A DNA stretch of 64,000 bases from Candidatus Moraniibacteriota bacterium (GCA_040772365.1 JAXGYI010000005.1:5132-69131); one strand, 5' to 3'; shown: positions 39,333 to 50,657, counted from the first letter of the stretch. The notes: generated from the letters alone by a model not told the origin. Program-made: numbers and translations.

Positions 39333-39800
39333 ATGGCGGACTATTTTCACACCATTAATCCACAGCATTTTTCAGGATATCGCATCATTGTTGATTTAGA
39401 TGGGACGCTGGCGTGCCCATCACGCGACGTTCTTGCGGATGATGTGATAGCGGTTGTGCATGCGCTACAACGAACGAATGATGTTTTTCTGTTCTCCAAT
39501 AACTTTGATGGTGCACGTAGTCGACGCGTTGCTGCGGCTATTGGCGTGCCGTATCTTACTGCGCACTGTCGTAAGCCACGACGAGCCGTCTTGGATGCGT
39601 TGCCGCCGTCGGAAAAACCAATCGTAATCATTGGTGATAAATTTCTCACAGATGAGTTGCTGTCATACTTTACAGGTACGCAGTATATACGGGTGCGACG
39701 CTATACATGTCGCAATGACTCTCTTTTTGCACGACTTGGGTGTATTTTTGACGATGGCGTGCGTCTGCTCTGTGGGTGGTGTGTACGTATACGTCGATAG
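39333..39800 (+). CDS. HAD-family phosphatase (YqeG-like)
   Basis: DLDGTL, SNN, KP, IGDKFLTD motifs. Confidence 0.8.
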   Translation: MADYFHTINPQHFSGYRIIVDLDGTLACPSRDVLADDVIAVVHALQRTNDVFLFSNNFDGARSRRVAAAIGVPYLTAHCRKPRRAVLDALPPSEKPIVIIGDKFLTDELLSYFTGTQYIRVRRYTCRNDSLFARLGCIFDDGVRLLCGWCVRIRR

Positions 39801-39915
39801 TGGCATGTGACGTGATCGATGATGGTATTTTGTTCAAAAAAGTGTGCATGTGGTATGATAAAAAGAGGGACCAGAGGTCTCTGGTTGAGTGTGGTGATAT
39901 AATTGTGTGATAAAT

Positions 39916-42258
39916 ATGGGAGTAAAAAAAACACAACATGATACTGTAGAAGGTGATGGCGAAGAATTTGTGAGATTGAATATTAGTGCACATGCCAAGC
40001 GATCAATTGTAGCAATTACTCTCTTTCTCCTTGCCGCAATTTGTGCATTGGGGTTTTTTGATGCGGCAGGTGTTATGGGACAAAAAATTTCCGGTGGACT
40101 TGGCATGGTTTTTGGGTGGGGGAAGTACATCGTTCCAGCTGTATTGATTGTTGCAGGGCTCATCTTATTGCGCGACAAGGTGAAGGCACAGTTCTACGTT
40201 ACGAAGATTATTGGCGTGATGCTGGCATTTTGGTGTGTACTTGGTTTGATTCACGTGTTGTTTATTGATGCAGAGAATTTTAAGACAGCGACGCAGGCGG
40301 CGCAGGGTGGTGGGTACGTGGGACATCTTTTGGCACAACCGCTCGTGCAATTTACCGGCATTATTGCAGCGGTGCTGATCCTGCTTACACTGATTCTCGT
40401 GGGCATTATTGTGGCATTTGATGTATCACTCGTGGGACTTGGAGATAAGGTGCCGTCGCACGTGACGATTTCTACAAAAGAGCTCTTTGGGCGTAGGGGA
40501 GAAGAAGATGATGGGGGCGATGGAGATGCGGATGCTATGCGTGATGATCGTTCTGCAACAGCATTGACAGAGGAGGAAGAGGAAGATGACGATGATGAAG
40601 AGGACGGCGATTTTGACGATACACTTTTTGATGATGATGATATTATTCCACCTACACATAGTGCAGCGCCTGCAGGAATATCTGCTGCTGAGCGTGCGGA
40701 GGAAATTATACGTGAAAAAGCAATAGCGAGTAAGCGTATGCGGCACAGTGATGCGGTAGAGTGGGAGCTGCCGCCACTGCGTTTGCTGAAAGCTGGTACT
40801 GATAAGGCACAGGGCGGTGATGTCCGACAGCGTGCCGAGCGTATTCAGGATACCTTTGCTAATTTTGGTATTACCATGGAGTTGGAAGATGTTGTGACAG
40901 GACCAACGGTAACACAGTATAGTTTTCGCCCGCAGTCTGGCGTGAAGTTGTCACGTATCACTGCGTTAAATGCTGATTTGGCACTCGCGCTTGCTGCGCA
41001 TCCCATTCGCATTGAGGCGCCAATTCCCGGTAAGTCATTAGTGGGTATTGAGGTGCCAAATAAGACTCGTGCAACTGTGCGAATGCGCGATCTTTTGAAT
41101 ACAGATGCATTTGATCATCCAGATAAGAAATTACTTTTGGCCTTGGGCGAAGATGTGAATGGGGACTATGTCTTTGAAGATCTTACAAAGATGCCGCATC
41201 TTCTTGTCGCAGGTACAACCGGATCTGGAAAATCTGTGACGATCAACTGCATTCTCTTGTCTCTTTTATATAAAAATTCTCCAGATGATCTCAAATTAAT
41301 CCTTGTTGATCCAAAGCGTGTGGAGCTTACGCTCTATGCGGGCATTCCACACCTCCTCTCTGATGTGATTGTGGAGAATGGTAAGGTCATTAATGCGCTG
41401 AAGTGGGCAGTATCGGAGATGGAGCGACGTTACAAGATTTTGCAGGAAACCGGGTCACGTGACTTGGCATCGTATCAGAAGAAACGTGCCGCAGGGGAGA
41501 TGCATGTTTGCACAGATCCGGAAACTGGTGAGAGTACTACAGGGCCAATGGAAAACCTTCCTGTGATTATCATTGTGATTGATGAGCTGTCCGATCTGAT
41601 GTCGTCACATGGTAAGGAGGTAGAGGGTGTGATTGTGCGTCTAGCACAGATGTCACGCGCCATCGGTATTCACCTCATCATCTCTACGCAGCGCCCAAGC
41701 GTGGAGGTTATCACGGGCCTCATTAAGGCAAATTTGCCGACACGTATCGCACTGCGTGTTGCAACGAATATCGACTCTCGTACTATTATTGACGTTCCGG
41801 GTGCAGAAAAGTTAGTGGGAAATGGTGATATGCTTTTCGTGGGACCACAAAGTTCTAGTCCGCGTCGCATCCAGAGTGCCTATGTGGATGAGGAAGAGTT
41901 GAAGCGCGTTGTGCAGTTCATTCGACGGCAGGCAGAGGTGGTTGGCGCGTACAGTATTGACGAGGACTTTGGTGATGTGACGGAGGGTGGATCGGAGCAT
42001 GGAGGCTTTTCTGACAGTGAGAGCTATGGCGGATCTGATGATCCGATGTATGAAGATGCAAAACAGGCTGTCATAGAAGCTGGGAAGGCGTCTACGTCAT
42101 ATATCCAGCGGAAATTACGAGTGGGTTATTCGCGTGCTGCACGACTTATGGATGATTTAGAGGAAAACGGCATTATTGGTCCGGCAGACGGCTCAAAGCC
42201 ACGTCGTGTGATTGGCGCTGAATCTGATGATGATGAGGAGGATGCACAAGATGCCTAG
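39916..42258 (+). CDS. ftsK: DNA translocase FtsK/SpoIIIE
   Basis: 4 TM, acidic linker, HLLVAGTTGSGKS, IDELSDLM, gamma domain QRKLRVGYSRAARL. Confidence 0.96.
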   Translation: MGVKKTQHDTVEGDGEEFVRLNISAHAKRSIVAITLFLLAAICALGFFDAAGVMGQKISGGLGMVFGWGKYIVPAVLIVAGLILLRDKVKAQFYVTKIIGVMLAFWCVLGLIHVLFIDAENFKTATQAAQGGGYVGHLLAQPLVQFTGIIAAVLILLTLILVGIIVAFDVSLVGLGDKVPSHVTISTKELFGRRGEEDDGGDGDADAMRDDRSATALTEEEEEDDDDEEDGDFDDTLFDDDDIIPPTHSAAPAGISAAERAEEIIREKAIASKRMRHSDAVEWELPPLRLLKAGTDKAQGGDVRQRAERIQDTFANFGITMELEDVVTGPTVTQYSFRPQSGVKLSRITALNADLALALAAHPIRIEAPIPGKSLVGIEVPNKTRATVRMRDLLNTDAFDHPDKKLLLALGEDVNGDYVFEDLTKMPHLLVAGTTGSGKSVTINCILLSLLYKNSPDDLKLILVDPKRVELTLYAGIPHLLSDVIVENGKVINALKWAVSEMERRYKILQETGSRDLASYQKKRAAGEMHVCTDPETGESTTGPMENLPVIIIVIDELSDLMSSHGKEVEGVIVRLAQMSRAIGIHLIISTQRPSVEVITGLIKANLPTRIALRVATNIDSRTIIDVPGAEKLVGNGDMLFVGPQSSSPRRIQSAYVDEEELKRVVQFIRRQAEVVGAYSIDEDFGDVTEGGSEHGGFSDSESYGGSDDPMYEDAKQAVIEAGKASTSYIQRKLRVGYSRAARLMDDLEENGIIGPADGSKPRRVIGAESDDDEEDAQDA

Positions 42259-42325
42259 GGAGTTTTGTGAGCGTGATGTATGATGAGAGCGTCGTAGTAT
42301 ATATGAGAGTGTGGGAGAATGTTCT

Positions 42326-43297
42326 ATGCCACAGCAGGAATTTACACGAAAAAAAGTTCAGTCGTTAACCTTGGGGGAGAAATTACGACATTTGCGTGAG
42401 GAGCGGCGTTTACGCGCAGTTGATTTGTCGCGCAAGATTTTTGTGAAAGTCGCGTATATTAATGCACTGGAGGAAGGGCGATATGATCAACTCCCAACAA
42501 AAGTTTATGTTAAGGGATTTGTACGTTCGTACGCGCGATATTTTGGTGTACCAGAGGATGTTCTGTTGCACCTCTTTGAGCGAGAGTATAGCGTTTTTCG
42601 CAACATTAATGCCGCAGATCATGAAGAGGAGGTAAGCCGCATGCCACGTCGTCTACGATTTGTCATAACGCCACGGACGGTTGTTGCATTTGTGGGGATT
42701 AGTGCTCTTCTCGGTGTCGGCGTTTACCTGTTTTACGGTGTAGATAATTTTATTTCCTCACCATGGTTAGTTGTTGATGAGCCAGTGATGGGCGCAGTTA
42801 TTGATGGGGATATGGTAACAGTTGTCGGACGGACGCGTCCAAATTCTCAGGTGCGCATTAACGGGCAGGCGGTGTTGGCAGATATGGATGGATTATTTCG
42901 TGAAGATGTGCGACTTGCAGTTGGAGCAAATACAATTCTTATTGAGAGCACCAATACATTTGACAAGACAACAACGCAGCACTTGCTTGTTGAGGCACGC
43001 TACACGGTAGCGCAGTTAGAAGAGGAGCAGTCATCCAATCAGATTCTGATTACGGCTCAAGATACTGCTATCACGGTAGTAATCCACGATGGCACATCAG
43101 TCATTTTTGATCAAAAAATTGCTACCAATGAAACTGTGCGTGTAGAGTATGCTACGGAAAGTGTATTACTGAGCACATCTGATGCTAAGCATACACTTGT
43201 GGGGTCTGATCATGAGAGCATGATGCCACTTGGTGCAAGGAATGTACCGGCGCAAGAGATCGTTTTTCCTCTTGAGCAGGAGAAAAAGCTGCAGTGA
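42326..43297 (+). CDS. RodZ-like HTH membrane protein
   Basis: LGEKL...RE, ALEEG....LP..VYVKGFVRSYA, TM, Ig-like C-terminus. Confidence 0.8.
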   Translation: MPQQEFTRKKVQSLTLGEKLRHLREERRLRAVDLSRKIFVKVAYINALEEGRYDQLPTKVYVKGFVRSYARYFGVPEDVLLHLFEREYSVFRNINAADHEEEVSRMPRRLRFVITPRTVVAFVGISALLGVGVYLFYGVDNFISSPWLVVDEPVMGAVIDGDMVTVVGRTRPNSQVRINGQAVLADMDGLFREDVRLAVGANTILIESTNTFDKTTTQHLLVEARYTVAQLEEEQSSNQILITAQDTAITVVIHDGTSVIFDQKIATNETVRVEYATESVLLSTSDAKHTLVGSDHESMMPLGARNVPAQEIVFPLEQEKKLQ

Positions 43298-43413
43298 TGG
43301 GCTGTGGACAAGAAACAATTATGACAATAGAGGAACTGTGTTATAATGTGCGTATCACGGGCGTGTTGTTACCGTGGGGTGTAATTTGATGAATGGTGGG
43401 GGCATACAATATT

Positions 43414-44457
43414 ATGGCAAAGAAGAAGAGTGAAAAAGTGAGTGATAAAACAGGGCAGGCGGCACAGACAAAAAATGTTGATGCCGTTGTTGATGAAATT
43501 CGTACAAAATTTGGTGATGGCATGCTGATGAAGCTGGGCGAGGTGCGGCATGTGGATGTTGCGGCAATTCCAACAGGCTCGCTATCACTAGACATTGCGA
43601 CTGGTGTAGGCGGTGTGCCACGTGGACGTATTGTGGAAATTTATGGTCCGGAATCATCTGGTAAAACAACACTAGCGCTTCATATTGCAGCAAATGCGCA
43701 ACGTGCAGGCGGTACAGCGGCGTTTGTAGATGCTGAGCATGCACTTGATCCGGAGTACGCAAAAAATATTGGCGTCAACACTGCGGAATTATTAGTGTCA
43801 CAACCGGACGCAGGTGAGCAGGCATTGGATATTGTGGAAACACTTGTACGGTCCAATGCTGTGGATGTTATTGTTGTGGATTCTGTAGCAGCATTGACAC
43901 CGCAGGCGGAAATTGATGGAGAGATGGGCGATCAGCATGTTGGTCGTCAGGCGCGACTGATGAGTCAGGCATTGCGGAAGTTGACGCCGGTGATTGCGCG
44001 GTCGAACTGTATTGTCATTTTCATCAATCAGATTCGCATGAAGATCGGTGTCATGTTTGGCAATCCAGAGACAACAACTGGTGGTAACGCATTAAAGTTT
44101 TATGCATCAATGCGCATGGATGTGCGACGTAGTGCGCAAATCAAGAAAGGCGATGAGGTTGTTGGCAATCGCACAAAAGTGAAGATTGTGAAAAATAAAG
44201 TTGCGCCGCCATTTCGCATTGCAGAATTTGACATTATGTATAATGAGGGCATTTCACTGTCTGGTGACGTATTGGACACAGGGACTGCTCTTGGCGTGCT
44301 GGATAAGCGGGGCAATTCGTATACATATAAGGAAGAGAAGTTAGGTGTTGGGCGTGAGGCGGTGAAGACATTTCTAAAAGCGCATCCCAAGATTATGGAC
44401 GCTGTCGTTAAGGATGTGCATGGAGCTATTGCCGAGCGACGTAAAAAAGAGGTGTAA
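43414..44457 (+). CDS. recA: Recombinase A
   Basis: [54 protein letters not shown]. Confidence 0.99.
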   Translation: MAKKKSEKVSDKTGQAAQTKNVDAVVDEIRTKFGDGMLMKLGEVRHVDVAAIPTGSLSLDIATGVGGVPRGRIVEIYGPESSGKTTLALHIAANAQRAGGTAAFVDAEHALDPEYAKNIGVNTAELLVSQPDAGEQALDIVETLVRSNAVDVIVVDSVAALTPQAEIDGEMGDQHVGRQARLMSQALRKLTPVIARSNCIVIFINQIRMKIGVMFGNPETTTGGNALKFYASMRMDVRRSAQIKKGDEVVGNRTKVKIVKNKVAPPFRIAEFDIMYNEGISLSGDVLDTGTALGVLDKRGNSYTYKEEKLGVGREAVKTFLKAHPKIMDAVVKDVHGAIAERRKKEV

Positions 44458-44524
44458 TACCTAGATGATTTTGGCACGTGTAGAAAGTGTGCTATAATGA
44501 ACGCAACATAAAAATAAAAATGTT

Positions 44525-45568
44525 ATGGGATTGTTTTCATCACGTTCAGCATATTCGTTAGGAGTGGATTTTGGGACGCAGTCGATCAAAGCTGTGGAGT
44601 TGCGCAGTGTTAAAGGTAAGGCGCATCTATCGAACTATGCTACGGTCAATGTTACAGATCTTAAAGAGGTTCCCTCGGAGTATAATGACGATTATACGAA
44701 GCGTCTGTCTGGGGCGCTTGCTGCGCTTTTTACACAGATGAAACCAAAGACCAAGCGCGCAGTTGTTTCCATACCAAGCTTCAACGGTCTTGTGGTGATC
44801 GTAGATTTCCCTCGTATGCGGGAGAAGGATATTGCATCTGCTATTAAGTTTGAGTCACGTAAATATATTCCCGCATCACTTGATGAGGTAAATGTCAGCT
44901 GGGAAATTTTAGAAGAGACGGAGGAAGAGAAGGCAAAGCCAACCATGAAGGTGCTGTTAGTAGCTGCGCCAAAAAGTGAGGTGCAGTACTACGACGGACT
45001 TTTTCAGGGAACAGGTATTCAGATCGACTCACTGGAGTTAGAGGCTTTTTCGATCGTGCGTGCCGTTGTGGGTGGCACACAAGGACGTTTTGTTGTGGTA
45101 GATATTGGCGCACGCACAACGAGTGTGATTTTGGTACAGGATGGTGTTGTGCATATGAGTCGTAGTGTGGATGTTGGCGGTGCGGATGTGACAACAGCAA
45201 TTATGGAGGGATTGAATATTTCTTATGATCGCGCACGTACCCTCAAAGAGGGTGGTGAAAATTTTTTTACGGGACCAACACGTGTTAATTTCGCGTCTCT
45301 CGGTGCGATTGCGAATGAAGTGAAGCGTGTCCTAGATACGCAGCGGTCGAATGTTGTTGATTCTCTCGTGCTCAGTGGAGGTGGTGCGCAGCTCGTGGGT
45401 ATTGATGAGTACTTTTCACAGACGGCGCACGTGCATGTCGTGAAAGGCAACCCACTGAGTCGTGTTGTTTATGATCCGACAATGTCTGGTTTTCTGCCGG
45501 ATCGTGCAGTCTCATTTACTGTGGCGATTGGGTTAGCATTGCGCGATAGTGAGGTAAATTCAGAATAA
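44525..45568 (+). CDS. pilM: Type IV pilus assembly protein PilM
   Basis: LGVDFGTQSIKAVEL, VVDIGA, LSGGGA, VAIGLALR. Confidence 0.92.
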   Translation: MGLFSSRSAYSLGVDFGTQSIKAVELRSVKGKAHLSNYATVNVTDLKEVPSEYNDDYTKRLSGALAALFTQMKPKTKRAVVSIPSFNGLVVIVDFPRMREKDIASAIKFESRKYIPASLDEVNVSWEILEETEEEKAKPTMKVLLVAAPKSEVQYYDGLFQGTGIQIDSLELEAFSIVRAVVGGTQGRFVVVDIGARTTSVILVQDGVVHMSRSVDVGGADVTTAIMEGLNISYDRARTLKEGGENFFTGPTRVNFASLGAIANEVKRVLDTQRSNVVDSLVLSGGGAQLVGIDEYFSQTAHVHVVKGNPLSRVVYDPTMSGFLPDRAVSFTVAIGLALRDSEVNSE

Positions 45569-45640
45569 GGCGTTCTTCATAAAATGAATGTATCATGGTA
45601 CTTAACATAATAATCAATTAATTATTCTTACTATAAATAT

Positions 45641-46345
45641 ATGGCTTCTGGACTAGGCTTTAAAAACACATCAGCACAAAAGAGTACGCAGTCGTCACGT
45701 AAAAAAATGGTTGCACCGGCGCTACTGATCACATTTGGCGTCTTACTCATCGCAGGCGCAACATATGGAGGGCTATTGCTGTGGCACAGTATTTTACAAA
45801 AGAAGGTGCGCACATTAGTTACGGACATTGGGAATGTTAATGCAGATATTCAGAAGGTAGTAGAGGGCAGGGTTGGTGACTTCGGTGTGCGCGCAACAAC
45901 TATGCAGAAGGATCTCTACAAGGACTATGAAGCAAACGATATTCTTCGTGAGATTGAAAAAATCATGATCAAGAAGAGTTCTGATGGTAGCGGTGATCGC
46001 GTTGTGTTAAAGTCGTTCCAGTATAACGCTGGTGCGTATGATAAGCAGTCCTTTGGTAATACAGAGCGCACTGTGACTGGTAAGGGTAATGTAACTATCT
46101 CTGCTGATGCAGACACATTTGATGTGATGGCGCAGCAGGTGGAAAAATTCAAGGAAAGCGATCTCTTTGATGCTGTAAAGGTTGGTACAACAGATCGCAA
46201 TGAGTATGGGCGTATTATTTTCACGCTCACGATGGATGTTAATCGCCATGATGAGTCTCCATATGAAAAAACAGCAGCAACATCAAATGCAGTATTTGGT
46301 GTGGCAGAGGAGTATGCGCCCAACAGTGAAACGCTGGGTCTGTAA
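45641..46345 (+). CDS. PilN-like protein
   Basis: Single TM plus coiled coil; follows pilM. Confidence 0.55.
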   Translation: MASGLGFKNTSAQKSTQSSRKKMVAPALLITFGVLLIAGATYGGLLLWHSILQKKVRTLVTDIGNVNADIQKVVEGRVGDFGVRATTMQKDLYKDYEANDILREIEKIMIKKSSDGSGDRVVLKSFQYNAGAYDKQSFGNTERTVTGKGNVTISADADTFDVMAQQVEKFKESDLFDAVKVGTTDRNEYGRIIFTLTMDVNRHDESPYEKTAATSNAVFGVAEEYAPNSETLGL

Positions 46346-46386
46346 ATAGTAAAGAAATTCTCATAAATAAATAATGGCATAAAACT

Positions 46387-47091
46387 ATGATTATACGCAT
46401 TCTCATGTTTCCGGTAATCCTGCTGATCGTGCTCTATATTGTCATCGGTCGTATTGCACCGACTACGAAATTAATTAGCGCGGATCGTGTAGAGGTTGCA
46501 GAAAAGACACAGGAGCTCTCGCAGGCCAATGCACGGCTGGACAAGATGAAGAGCTTTGCGACAAGTGTAGATCAGCATCCGCAAGAGCAGGAATTCGTTC
46601 TTCATTTCGTGCCTAATAATCAACGAGAGGAGATCATTCTGAGCGATGTGTCACAGATGGCACAGGATGCAGGCCTTTCTCTATTCTCTTTCGGATTTGC
46701 TGAAGGTCGACAAGATGCGCGATCTGGTGCAATAGCACAAAATCGTGCAAGCTATATTGAGACAAAGGTGATTGCATCGGGATCATATGATGCGTTTAAG
46801 AAATTTGCTGATCAACTCTTTCGTATTAAGAGGCTTTATGCATTTAAGACATTTGAATTAAGCAAGCAAGAGCACGTGCAGAAAGAGGGTGAAGAGCCCG
46901 TGACACAGGATATGCTCGATGGTGTTATATCATTCACCTATGGATATATTCCTGGTCAGGCGCATGTTGATCCCATGGTGTTTAATCCTACAGTGAACTT
47001 TGATGACATTAAGGCTATCATGAATGCTGCAACGCAAACAGATCCATTGATTGCAGAGGCGCAGGAGCGCCCAAATCCTTTTCTTCCATAA
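46387..47091 (+). CDS. PilO-like protein
   Basis: TM, coiled coil, GSYDAFKKF...L.RIKRL motif; position in the operon. Confidence 0.6.
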   Translation: MIIRILMFPVILLIVLYIVIGRIAPTTKLISADRVEVAEKTQELSQANARLDKMKSFATSVDQHPQEQEFVLHFVPNNQREEIILSDVSQMAQDAGLSLFSFGFAEGRQDARSGAIAQNRASYIETKVIASGSYDAFKKFADQLFRIKRLYAFKTFELSKQEHVQKEGEEPVTQDMLDGVISFTYGYIPGQAHVDPMVFNPTVNFDDIKAIMNAATQTDPLIAEAQERPNPFLP

Positions 47092-47100
47092 AGAGAAAAC

Positions 47101-49047
47101 ATGAGTGAAGATCGTCTACAATCACAAAATAATACGATTGTTTTTGATGATGTGTCAGAAGAGCGCTTGGATGATGTTGCGCAGCAGGATGTGTCAGTTG
47201 CACCGAGCTTAACAGCATCTGGTGATGGTGCAGTGCTGATTGCAGAAGATGATGTGAGGGATAGTTCTGATACAGGAGGTGTTGTGCAAAGTGATACGGC
47301 TGTGTCAACGGATGCTGCGGCGACGGTATCGGGTGTTGAAGTGCCTGCGGAGAAAGAATTTGCGCCTGACGCGCAGGAGGATGCTGCCGAGCAAAGTTTA
47401 CAACAGCGCGCAGAAGCCATGGGTGTCAAGGCGTTGGATGATGTGCCGGAAAATGTACAGCGTGAGGCAATGATTCTCTTGGCAGAGGATATTGCGCGAG
47501 AGCATCGTATGGTAGTTTTTGCTAAAGATGATGCGACAGAAACGCTGCACGTTGCAATGCTTGATCCACAAGACGTATACGCTTCCAACGTTTTACGGTT
47601 TATGGCACGGAAGGATCGATTGAGTATTGATGTATATCTCACGACGGCGGAGGTCTTAAAGAAGCTCTTTGAGTTTTATGCAAGTGCAGAGGACGCAGTG
47701 AAGAAAGTCGTGCAGTCATTTGAGGATGAAGAGAGTAGCGTTGCAGAAAAGAAAAAAGATACTTTTACGATTTTGCAAGAACGCGAAACTATTCAAGATG
47801 CACCAGTGGCGAAGTTGGTACATGTGATTATTAAGCATGCGCTGGACGGCGGTGCATCTGATGTACACATTGAGCCGATTGACCAGATCTATCGCGTGCG
47901 TTTTCGGCAGGATGGTGTTTTGCACGCATCGCTGACATTTCCACAAGAAGTGGGACGCGCAGTGATTTCTCGTATCAAGATTTTATCTAACCTAAAAATT
48001 GATGAACGACGTAAGCCGCAAGACGGGCGTTTTCGTATCAATGATAAGGGGAACGATATTGACTTTCGCGTCTCAAGCTTGCCAGTTGTAGAGGGAGAAA
48101 AAATCGTGATGCGTGTTTTAGAGAAGGATCGTCAAACATTTGATTTGGCGCAGCTGGGTCTCATGGGAACGCAGCATGAGATGTTTTTGCGACGTGTCCA
48201 TGATCCCTATGGCATGATTTTGATGACGGGTCCTACAGGATCTGGAAAGTCAACGACGCTATATGCATTTTTGAAAATTTTAAATAATGAAGAACGTAAT
48301 ATTATTACACTGGAAGATCCTGTGGAGTACTTTGTACCCGGCATCAATCAGTCACAGGTGAAGCCGGAAATTGGGTATACATTTGCCAGTGGCCTGCGTA
48401 GCATCTTGCGCCAAGATCCAAATATTATTATGGTAGGTGAGATTCGTGATGGAGAAACAGCGGAGCTTGCTGTGCATGCAGCGCTTACTGGTCATCTGGT
48501 ATTTTCTACGGTGCATACCAACAATGCTATTGGTGCATTGCCGCGGTTGATCGATTTGGGGATTGAGTCATTCCTCATCGCATCGGCGGTACGCGTTATT
48601 GCTGCGCAGCGACTTGTGCGTAAGATTTGTGAGAATTGCAAAGAAGAGCTCCAAGTGCCCAATGCCGTGATCGAAAAAATTAAGAAGGATTTGGAGGGTG
48701 TGACCGTGGAAGAGCAGAAGAAGTATGGTGTTGATATTGCTGCTAATGGTATTGTCTTATATCATGGCGCAGGGTGTAAAAATTGTGGAGGATCGGGACT
48801 TAAAGGGCGCATCGCTCTTTACGAGGCAATTGAGCTTGATAATGAGATGCAAAATATCATTGTAGAAGGTGAAGATAGTTTTGTGAAGGCAGATGCGTAC
48901 GCGCGTAAACATGGCTTTATTACTTTGAAACAAGATGGTATACTAAAGGTGCTCTTGGGGATGACAACATTTGCAGAGCTAGAGCGTGTAACAGAGGGTG
49001 ATCTGGAGATTAGTGGCACAGTGGATGACATGCCAGATGAGCGATAG
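47101..49047 (+). CDS. pilB: Type IV pilus extension ATPase (GspE/PilB)
   Basis: ASDVHIEP, PQDGR, GPTGSGKS, LRQDPNIIMVGEIRD, tetracysteine motif. Confidence 0.93.
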   Translation: MSEDRLQSQNNTIVFDDVSEERLDDVAQQDVSVAPSLTASGDGAVLIAEDDVRDSSDTGGVVQSDTAVSTDAAATVSGVEVPAEKEFAPDAQEDAAEQSLQQRAEAMGVKALDDVPENVQREAMILLAEDIAREHRMVVFAKDDATETLHVAMLDPQDVYASNVLRFMARKDRLSIDVYLTTAEVLKKLFEFYASAEDAVKKVVQSFEDEESSVAEKKKDTFTILQERETIQDAPVAKLVHVIIKHALDGGASDVHIEPIDQIYRVRFRQDGVLHASLTFPQEVGRAVISRIKILSNLKIDERRKPQDGRFRINDKGNDIDFRVSSLPVVEGEKIVMRVLEKDRQTFDLAQLGLMGTQHEMFLRRVHDPYGMILMTGPTGSGKSTTLYAFLKILNNEERNIITLEDPVEYFVPGINQSQVKPEIGYTFASGLRSILRQDPNIIMVGEIRDGETAELAVHAALTGHLVFSTVHTNNAIGALPRLIDLGIESFLIASAVRVIAAQRLVRKICENCKEELQVPNAVIEKIKKDLEGVTVEEQKKYGVDIAANGIVLYHGAGCKNCGGSGLKGRIALYEAIELDNEMQNIIVEGEDSFVKADAYARKHGFITLKQDGILKVLLGMTTFAELERVTEGDLEISGTVDDMPDER

Positions 49048-49082
49048 TACAGTAATTGTCATTATATTAAGTTTTAGAGTGT

Positions 49083-49481
49083 ATGGAAAATGATACAACG
49101 CAGCAGCAAGATAAAAAAATGATCATGGTTGTAGAGGATGATATCTTCATTAGCGATATTTATGATGTAAAGCTGAAAGATGCAGGCTATGATGTGGTTA
49201 TGGCGAATAATGGACGTGAAGCAATTGATAAATTGGAATCTGGCGTGCGACCTGATCTCATTCTTTTGGATATCGTGATGCCATACATGGACGGTTTCGA
49301 TGTTCTAGAGGCAATTAATCGGCGAGAGGAATGGAAGGGTATTCCCATTGTACTCTTGACAAATTTGTCTCAAAAAGAGGATGTGGATCGCGGTATCACT
49401 TTGGGTGCAAAAGACTTTTTAATCAAATCACACTTCACACCGACGGAAGTTCTCGCAAAGGTGCAGAAGTATATTGCGTAA
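49083..49481 (+). CDS. Single-domain response regulator
   Basis: VEDD, PDLILLDIVMP, LLT, FLIK receiver motifs. Confidence 0.92.
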   Translation: MENDTTQQQDKKMIMVVEDDIFISDIYDVKLKDAGYDVVMANNGREAIDKLESGVRPDLILLDIVMPYMDGFDVLEAINRREEWKGIPIVLLTNLSQKEDVDRGITLGAKDFLIKSHFTPTEVLAKVQKYIA

Positions 49482-49525
49482 ATTAATCTAGTACTGCATC
49501 GTAGGGTAATTAGACAAAAATAAAA

Positions 49526-50632
49526 ATGACTATGGGAGCACTCCATGTAGAACAACGTATCCACAATCTCTTACGGCTTGGCGCACAGCAAAATGCGTCG
49601 GACTTACATTTTGCTGTGGGGCGTCGCCCAACACTACGTATTGACGGAAAACTCATTCCATTAGAACAGGAAGCCGTTCTTCTACCGCAAGACACTAAGG
49701 CTTTTGCGGATTATTTCATGAGTGAACATCACAAGGAGCTTTTTCTTAAAAATGGTGAAATTGACTTTTCTTACGCTCTTGGGGATAAGGTGCGCTTTCG
49801 TACGAATGTGTTCTATCAGCGTGGCTATGTTGGCGTGGTGATGCGTGTGATCAATAGTGATATTCGACGATTGGAAGATCTTGGTGTGCCGTCAATCGTA
49901 TATGAATTTGCTAATTTTTCTCAAGGCCTATTTCTTGTTACAGGTCCGGTTGGTCATGGAAAATCTACAACACTTGCAGCGCTTGTGGATTACATTAACC
50001 ATAACAAGAAGCATCACATTGTTACGATTGAGGATCCTATTGAGTATATGTATGAACCGGATCAGTGCATTATTAATCAGCGAGAGATTGGGCAGGACTC
50101 ACAAAACTTTAACGCAGCACTGCGTGCAGCTTTACGCGAAGATACTAATGTGATCCTCATTGGTGAGATGCGTGATTTTGAAACAATTGGTACGGCAATT
50201 ACTGCTGCGGAAACTGGACATTTGATTTTTGCAACACTGCATACCAATGATGCTGCCCAGACTATTGATCGTATCGTCGATACATTTCCCTCCCATCAGC
50301 AAAATCAGATTCGCGCGCAGTTGGCAAATGTGCTCTTAGGTGTAATGTCACAGCGACTCATTCCGCGGATTAACGGGGGACGTATCCCTGCTGTAGAAAT
50401 TATGATTAAAAACCATGCCGTAGAGAACCTCATCCGTGAAGACAAGACATATCAAATTGATACAGTCATTGAAACAAGTCAGAAGGATGGCATGGTCTCC
50501 TTGGATCGATCGTTGGCACAGTTGCTTCAGGCAGGTGAGATTTCCCTAGATTATGCCATGACATATGCAAAGAATCGTGATTATGTACGAATGCTTGTTG
50601 GTCGTGGAGAGCAAATTCACATTGATGAGTAA
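49526..50632 (+). CDS. pilT: Type IV pilus retraction ATPase
   Basis: ASDLH, GPVGHGKS, TIEDPIE, ALRED, GEMRD, ATLHT, NLIRE. Confidence 0.93.
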   Translation: MTMGALHVEQRIHNLLRLGAQQNASDLHFAVGRRPTLRIDGKLIPLEQEAVLLPQDTKAFADYFMSEHHKELFLKNGEIDFSYALGDKVRFRTNVFYQRGYVGVVMRVINSDIRRLEDLGVPSIVYEFANFSQGLFLVTGPVGHGKSTTLAALVDYINHNKKHHIVTIEDPIEYMYEPDQCIINQREIGQDSQNFNAALRAALREDTNVILIGEMRDFETIGTAITAAETGHLIFATLHTNDAAQTIDRIVDTFPSHQQNQIRAQLANVLLGVMSQRLIPRINGGRIPAVEIMIKNHAVENLIREDKTYQIDTVIETSQKDGMVSLDRSLAQLLQAGEISLDYAMTYAKNRDYVRMLVGRGEQIHIDE

Positions 50633-50657
50633 TTGTTATTATTGTCTATAATATTCT

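Noticed and set aside
40495-40645. GAT/GAG-rich low-complexity tract as a repeat element
   Set aside because: It encodes the ordinary acidic disordered linker of FtsK.
46956-47642. 228-aa minus-strand ORF
   Set aside because: Antisense shadow of pilO/pilB low-complexity sequence.
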